NCBI GenBank assembly: GCA_963843845.1
Contig: CAWJMB010000002.1
Span: 3,104,001-3,168,000, forward strand
Length of the DNA: 64,000 bases
Source: an uncultured Gemmatimonadaceae bacterium
GTDB lineage: Bacteria > Gemmatimonadota > Gemmatimonadetes > Gemmatimonadales > Gemmatimonadaceae
Direction of reading: 5' to 3'
Shown here: positions 58,969 to 64,000 of the stretch, in pieces
Layout of the letters: every line of letters begins with the position of its first letter
Numbering within the stretch: position 1 is the first letter of the stretch
Program-made: the position numbers and the translations under genes
Notes under the pieces: model-generated
Told to the model about the DNA's origin: nothing
Databases searched by the model: none
The model's input: only the letters and a program-made list of their open reading frames with translations

Positions 58969-61758
58969 TCACACCGCCGCGCCCGTGCGCGACGACGCCG
59001 GCTTCGCGGAGGGCTCGGCAGGGGCGTCGGCCGCGACGGCCAACGCCTCCGCCACGATCCGCGCCTGCTCCGCCTTGTGATCGGCCTCGTACCCCTCGGC
59101 CGGGCTCGCGCGCTCGGGGCGGCCGACGTAGGTGAGCGCGCGATCGCCGACGAGCGCGCGAAGCCGCGGCGCGGCGAACGTCCAGGCGCCCATGTTCTGC
59201 GGCTCCTCCTGCGCCCACACGACCTCGCGCGCGTTCGGGTAGCCGGCCAGCACGGTGCCCAACGCCTCCGCCGGCCACGGATACAGCTCCTCGACCCGCA
59301 CGACCGCGACCGAGTCGGGGACCACCTGCCCGACGGTGAGATCGTAGTACATCTTCGCCGTGCACAGCACGACGCGCTCGATCGTCCGAGCCTGGCCCGA
59401 GCGCAGCGAGGGCTCGATGACCGGCTGGAAGCCGCCGCTCGCGAGGTCGCTCAGCCGGCTCGCCGCGTTCGGCAGGCGGAGCAGCGACTTCGGCTGCATG
59501 AGGATGAGCGGCCGGCGCGGCGTGCGCTTCGCCTGGCGGCGCAGCACGTGGAAGTACTGCGCCGGCGTCGACGGGTACGCGACGACGACGTTTCCCTCGG
59601 CGCTCGCTTGCAGGAACCGCTCGAGGCGGGCCGACGAGTGCTCCGGGCCACCCCCCTCGTAGCCGTGCGGCAGCAGCAGCACGAGCCCCGAGTCGACGTG
59701 CCACTTCGCGCGGTCGGCGACGAGATACTGATCGATGATGACCTGGGCGACGTTCACGAAGTCGCCGTACTGCGCCTCCCACAGGGCGAGCGTGTCCGGC
59801 GCCGCGACGCTGTAGCCGTAGTCGAACCCCATCACCGCCGTCTCGGAGAGCGGGCTGTTCACGATCTCGAACGTCCCGGTCGCGTTCGGCAGGTCGCGCA
59901 ACGGCGTGATCGTCGCGCCCGTCTTCGCGTCGTGCAGCACCGCGTTCCGGTGGCCGAACGTGCCGCGCTCCGCGTCCTGCCCCGTGAGGCGCACCGACGT
60001 CCCCTCGGCGAGCAGCGACGCGAACGCCAGCGCCTCCGCCTGCCCCCACTCGATGCCGCCGGCGTCGCCGAGCGTCTCGCCGCGGCGGGCGAGGATCTTT
60101 CCGAGACGGGGGTGCGGCGTGAAGTCGCTCGGCCACGCCAGCAGCGCCGCATTCAACTCCGTGAGCCGCGCGGCATCGACCGCCGTCTCGACCGGCTGCG
60201 GCGGCGGCGCGGGTGGTCCCTCGGGCGACGGGTCCTCTGTCGCCCCGTCGAGCGCGCGCACACGCGCGTACGCCGCATCGAAGCGCGCGCGCGCCTCCTG
60301 GTCGATGCGCTCCACGTCCGCCGCCGCGAGGACGCCATCCCGCACGAGCCGAGCGCCGAACACCTGCCGCGGCGTGGGGTGCGCGCGGACCTTCTCGTAG
60401 AGCAGCGGCTGCGTGAACGCCGGCTCGTCGGTCTCGTTGTGCCCCCAGCGGCGGTAGCCGACGAGGTCGATCAGCACGTCCTTCCCGAATTGCGTGCGGT
60501 ACGCGATCCCGATGCGCACCGCGGCGATGCACGCGCCGGCGTCGTCGCCGTTCACGTGGATCACCGGAATGTCGAACCCCTTCGCGAGATCGCTCGCGTA
60601 GTGCGTCGAGCGCGAGTCGATCGGGTCGGTCGTGAAGCCGACCTGGTTGTTCGTGATGATGTGCAGCGTGCCGCCGACGGCGTAGCCGGGCAGCTTCGAC
60701 ATGTTCAGCGACTCCGCGACCACCCCTTCGCCCATGAACGCGGCGTCGCCGTGGACCACGATCGGGAGCACGCGCGTCTCGTCACGCTCGCCGCGGGTGT
60801 CGGGCACCCGCTGCCGCGCCCGCGCCATCCCGTCGGCGACGCAGCCCGTGAACTCGAGGTGGCTCGGGTTCGGCACGAGCTCCAGCGCGACCTCGGCGTC
60901 GCCGACCGTGCGCGTCGAGACGTACCCCATGTGGTACTTCACGTCGCCGGTCTCGTTGTCGCTCGCGGCCGGGTGCCGCCCCTCGAACTCGCCGAACAGC
61001 ACCTCGTACGGCTTTCCCATCGTGTGCGTCAGCACGTTGAGGCGCCCGCGGTGCGCCATCCCGATGATGACCGACCGTGCTCCCGCCGCCGCCGACTCCG
61101 CGATCGCCGCGTCGAGCATCGGCACGAGCGCGTCGGTCCCCTCGATCGAGAACCGCTTCTTCCCCTGGTAGCGAAAGCCGAGGTAGCGCTCGAGCCCATC
61201 GACTTCGGTGAGCCGCACCAACAGGGCCCGGCTCTCGTCCGCGGACAGCGGGCGCGTCAGGCGCTCCTCGCGCAGCATCTGGCGGAACCACTCGCGCTCC
61301 GTGTCGCTCGAGACGTGCGAGTACTGTATGCCTAACGTCGACGAGTAGCGCTCGCGCAGCAGCCGCACGACGTCCCCGGCCGTCGTGAACCGATCGTCGA
61401 AGCCGAGCGCCGACGCGGGAACCTGCTCGAGGTCCTCCTCGGTGATGCCGTAGAACTCGGGCGTCAGCTCGCGCGCGCCGATCGGCGGGGTGCCTAACGG
61501 ATCGATCTGCACCGCGAGGTGACCGAACTCGCGCAGCCCTTCGACCAGCCCGGCCGCGCCCGCCGACTTGCGCGCGAGCGCCGGATCGCTGTCGCCCCGG
61601 CTCGCGCTCGCTCCGCCGACGAGGCCGGCGAGCGATTCGGCGGCCCGGAAGTACTGGCGCCACGACTCGTCGACCGAGCCGGGTTCGCGACGATAGTGCT
61701 CGTACTGCTCGGCGATGTACGCGTCGTTGAAGACGCTCGTGATGGCGGGAGAAGGCAT
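58969..61758 (-). CDS. sucA: 2-oxoglutarate dehydrogenase E1 component
   Basis: KRFSIEG, GMAHRGRLN, GDVKYH, HGDAAF, NNQVGFTT, WEAQYGDF and EHSSARLERFLQ. Confidence 0.95.
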   Translation of the reverse strand: MPSPAITSVFNDAYIAEQYEHYRREPGSVDESWRQYFRAAESLAGLVGGASASRGDSDPALARKSAGAAGLVEGLREFGHLAVQIDPLGTPPIGARELTPEFYGITEEDLEQVPASALGFDDRFTTAGDVVRLLRERYSSTLGIQYSHVSSDTEREWFRQMLREERLTRPLSADESRALLVRLTEVDGLERYLGFRYQGKKRFSIEGTDALVPMLDAAIAESAAAGARSVIIGMAHRGRLNVLTHTMGKPYEVLFGEFEGRHPAASDNETGDVKYHMGYVSTRTVGDAEVALELVPNPSHLEFTGCVADGMARARQRVPDTRGERDETRVLPIVVHGDAAFMGEGVVAESLNMSKLPGYAVGGTLHIITNNQVGFTTDPIDSRSTHYASDLAKGFDIPVIHVNGDDAGACIAAVRIGIAYRTQFGKDVLIDLVGYRRWGHNETDEPAFTQPLLYEKVRAHPTPRQVFGARLVRDGVLAAADVERIDQEARARFDAAYARVRALDGATEDPSPEGPPAPPPQPVETAVDAARLTELNAALLAWPSDFTPHPRLGKILARRGETLGDAGGIEWGQAEALAFASLLAEGTSVRLTGQDAERGTFGHRNAVLHDAKTGATITPLRDLPNATGTFEIVNSPLSETAVMGFDYGYSVAAPDTLALWEAQYGDFVNVAQVIIDQYLVADRAKWHVDSGLVLLLPHGYEGGGPEHSSARLERFLQASAEGNVVVAYPSTPAQYFHVLRRQAKRTPRRPLILMQPKSLLRLPNAASRLSDLASGGFQPVIEPSLRSGQARTIERVVLCTAKMYYDLTVGQVVPDSVAVVRVEELYPWPAEALGTVLAGYPNAREVVWAQEEPQNMGAWTFAAPRLRALVGDRALTYVGRPERASPAEGYEADHKAEQARIVAEALAVAADAPAEPSAKPASSRTGAAV

Positions 61759-61767
61759 GAGCGAAAT

Positions 61768-63534
61768 TTAGCTGCCGGGGATCGGGGATCGGAGATCGGA
61801 GATCGGTTGCCGCTGACCGCCCGAACCCCGATCCCCGACCCCGGGCAGGACGAGCGTGAACGTCGACCCCCGTCCAGGCGCCGACTCGAGCTCGATGCGC
61901 CCGCCGAGCAGCTCGGCCAGCCGGCGCGAGATGTAGAGGCCGAGGCCCGTGCCGCCGTAGCGGCGGGTGAGTCCGGTGTCGAGCTGGGTGAACGGTTGGA
62001 ACAGTCGCCCGACGTCCTCGGGGGCGATGCCGACGCCGGTGTCGCTCACCGCGAAGCGCACGCCGCCCGTGCCGTCCGGCGCGACGCGCACGGCGACCGA
62101 CCCGCGGTGCGTGAACTTCGACGCGTTCCCCGCGAGGTTCACGAGGATCTGCCGGACCTTGTCGGGGTCCGAGACGAGCGGCGGCAGCGGCTCCGCGACC
62201 TCCGCGCTGTACGCCAGCCCCTTCTGCACCGCGAGCGGCTCGACGACCGACGCGACGCCCAGCAGCACCTCGGCCGGATCGAACGGACGGGGGCGCACGA
62301 GCTCGCGCCCGGCTTCGAGGCTCGAGAAGGTGAGGATCTCCTCGATCATCGCCGTGAGCTGATGCGTCACCGCGCGCACGCGCTCGACGATCTCGCCCTG
62401 CCCCGCCGTGAGCGGCCCGACGATCTCGTCGGCGAGCAGCTCGCCGTAGCCGGTGAGGGCGGTGAGCGGCGTACGCAGCTCGTGGCTCACCATCGCCAGG
62501 AAGTTGCTCTTCGTCGTGTTCGCCGTGATCGCCTCGTCGATGAGTCGCGCCTTCCACAGCGCGAGCGAGGCGTGGTCGGCGATCACGCGCAGCCGCCCCT
62601 CGTCCACTTCGGAGAAGGGCGGCTGCCCCCGCGCGCGCGACACCGCGAGCACGCCGAGCAGCTCGCCGTGTGCGCCCAACGGTGCGAGCAGCAGCGGCCC
62701 GACGAGCCGCCCGTCGTCGAGATGCGGAAAGAACGCGCTGTCGTCCGCCTCGCCGGCCTCGGCGCGCGCGGCGGTCAGGCGCCCGGTCCGCCGATACTCG
62801 TCGAGCGCGCGGGCGGAGAGCGTGCCGGCGAGCGGGAACTCGCGCCCGCGGAGCGCGTCCGGGTGCCCGACGATCCCGACGAAGCGACCGATCTCGCCGT
62901 CGAGCTCCGCGACCGTGCCGCCGTTCGCGTCGCACAGCTCGACCGCCGCGCGGCACACCGTGTCGATCAGCGTCGCCGCGTCGGCCTCGGCGGCGACGGC
63001 GCGCGTCAACGCACGGAGCCGCTCCTGCTCCGTCGTGCCGTTCGGCGCGGGACGGAGGGTCACGGTGAGGAGGCCGCTCCGCGTGCGGCGCGCGACGAGG
63101 TCCACCGCGCGTGTCGGCCCCCCGCCGCCGCCCGGCGCGAGTCGCACGCCGCGCGTCAGCCCATCGCGGCTCACCGCGCGGAGCGCCGCCGCGTGGGCGT
63201 CGGTCTCCGGACAGTCGACGACGTCGAAGAGCCGACGGCCGACGAGGTCGTCGACCCGCAGCCCGAGCGCGTCGGCGCACGCGGCGTTCGCATAGCGCAC
63301 CGCGAGCGTCGCGTCGAGGCAGAGGACCCCCGTGTCGAGCAGCGCGAGCGTCTCGAGCGCGTCGAGCGACGGAAACGCTTCACGATCGCGCACGTCGCGA
63401 TCGCTCGCCGCGAGCGGTTCGCGGGGCACCGCACCGTGCGCGGCACCGTGCGCGGCACCGTGCGCGGCAGCGTGCGCGGCAGCATGGCGCGCCGAGTGTG
63501 GGCGCGCCGGGTCGTGCGAGTCAGGCGAGCGCAA
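61768..63534 (-). CDS. PAS-GAF sensor histidine kinase
   Basis: SHELRTP, NASKFT, DTGVG and GTGLGL; GAF signature LLAPL...LLGVLAV...PFSEVD. Confidence 0.88.
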   Translation of the reverse strand: MRSPDSHDPARPHSARHAAAHAAAHGAAHGAAHGAVPREPLAASDRDVRDREAFPSLDALETLALLDTGVLCLDATLAVRYANAACADALGLRVDDLVGRRLFDVVDCPETDAHAAALRAVSRDGLTRGVRLAPGGGGGPTRAVDLVARRTRSGLLTVTLRPAPNGTTEQERLRALTRAVAAEADAATLIDTVCRAAVELCDANGGTVAELDGEIGRFVGIVGHPDALRGREFPLAGTLSARALDEYRRTGRLTAARAEAGEADDSAFFPHLDDGRLVGPLLLAPLGAHGELLGVLAVSRARGQPPFSEVDEGRLRVIADHASLALWKARLIDEAITANTTKSNFLAMVSHELRTPLTALTGYGELLADEIVGPLTAGQGEIVERVRAVTHQLTAMIEEILTFSSLEAGRELVRPRPFDPAEVLLGVASVVEPLAVQKGLAYSAEVAEPLPPLVSDPDKVRQILVNLAGNASKFTHRGSVAVRVAPDGTGGVRFAVSDTGVGIAPEDVGRLFQPFTQLDTGLTRRYGGTGLGLYISRRLAELLGGRIELESAPGRGSTFTLVLPGVGDRGSGGQRQPISDLRSPIPGS

Positions 63535-63591
63535 TGCGGATCGTGCGTGCTGCAGCGGGTCGGGAACGGACGTCGCGAGAGAACCCGGAAG

Positions 63592-64000
63592 CTATCGAGT
63601 CCCCGAAGTCCGAGCGACCCGAGGCGCCGGGCCGGCCGTGACGAGCCGCACCACTTCCGCCGCGATCGCGTCGAGCGGCACGACCGAGCAGTGCGCGCTG
63701 GTCGTCGCCCGCACGGCGCTCAGCGCGGCCTGCGGCATCGTGCCCACCTCCGCCGTCTCGGGCGTCTGCACGACCGCCCACCCGCCCGATTCGACGACGC
63801 GCCGTAGCCCCCGCGCGCCGTCATCGTTCGCCCCCGTGAGCACGACCCCGATGGCGCACGCGCCGTACGCGTCGGCGGCGGCGATGAGCGACACGTCGAT
63901 CGACGGGCGGCTGAAGCGCACCGGCGCGTCGGACGAGAGCGCGAAGTGACCGTCGCGCATCAGCACGTGCTCGTCCGGCGGCGCGACGTAGACGTGCGAC
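63592..64000 (-). CDS. cheB: CheB-type methylesterase domain protein, 5' end outside window
   Basis: VYVAPPDEH, SRPSIDV, GVVLTGANDDGARG and VQTPETAEVGTMP. Confidence 0.85.
   Translation of the reverse strand, partial: SHVYVAPPDEHVLMRDGHFALSSDAPVRFSRPSIDVSLIAAADAYGACAIGVVLTGANDDGARGLRRVVESGGWAVVQTPETAEVGTMPQAALSAVRATTSAHCSVVPLDAIAAEVVRLVTAGPAPRVARTSGTR

Overview
Very GC-rich bacterial chromosomal segment. Gene content and style (PEP-CTERM proteins, BlaI/M56 cassettes, fused E1 dehydrogenase, secreted M1/M14/PIG-L hydrolases) suggest Gemmatimonadota; this is an inference. Several conserved genes are broken by clustered single-base indels, which look like long-read assembly errors rather than true pseudogenes. 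Content: bioF-bioA-(DUF4232-like)-bioD-bioB-pdxH, rpmE2, rsgA, greA, sucA, glpD, ndh, cobB, proline dehydrogenase, two GGDEF-EAL proteins, a LOV hybrid kinase and many secreted peptidases. I found no rRNA, tRNA, CRISPR array, transposase or prophage. Most notable observations: (1) an 18-bp palindrome, CTACTA-N6-TAGTWG, occurs twice in front of each of two BlaI + M56-peptidase cassettes whose sensor domains are TonB-type (plug-like or TonB C-terminal), and once more in front of a secreted PIG-L deacetylase gene, outlining a candidate envelope-sensing regulon; (2) an ECF sigma / CBM48 anti-sigma / periplasmic protein / CBM48 beta-barrel cluster that may sense alpha-glucans; (3) a recurrent GTTAGGC motif that accounts for the rare TTA Leu codons I could find; (4) a ~270-bp foldback element built from 11-bp repeats.
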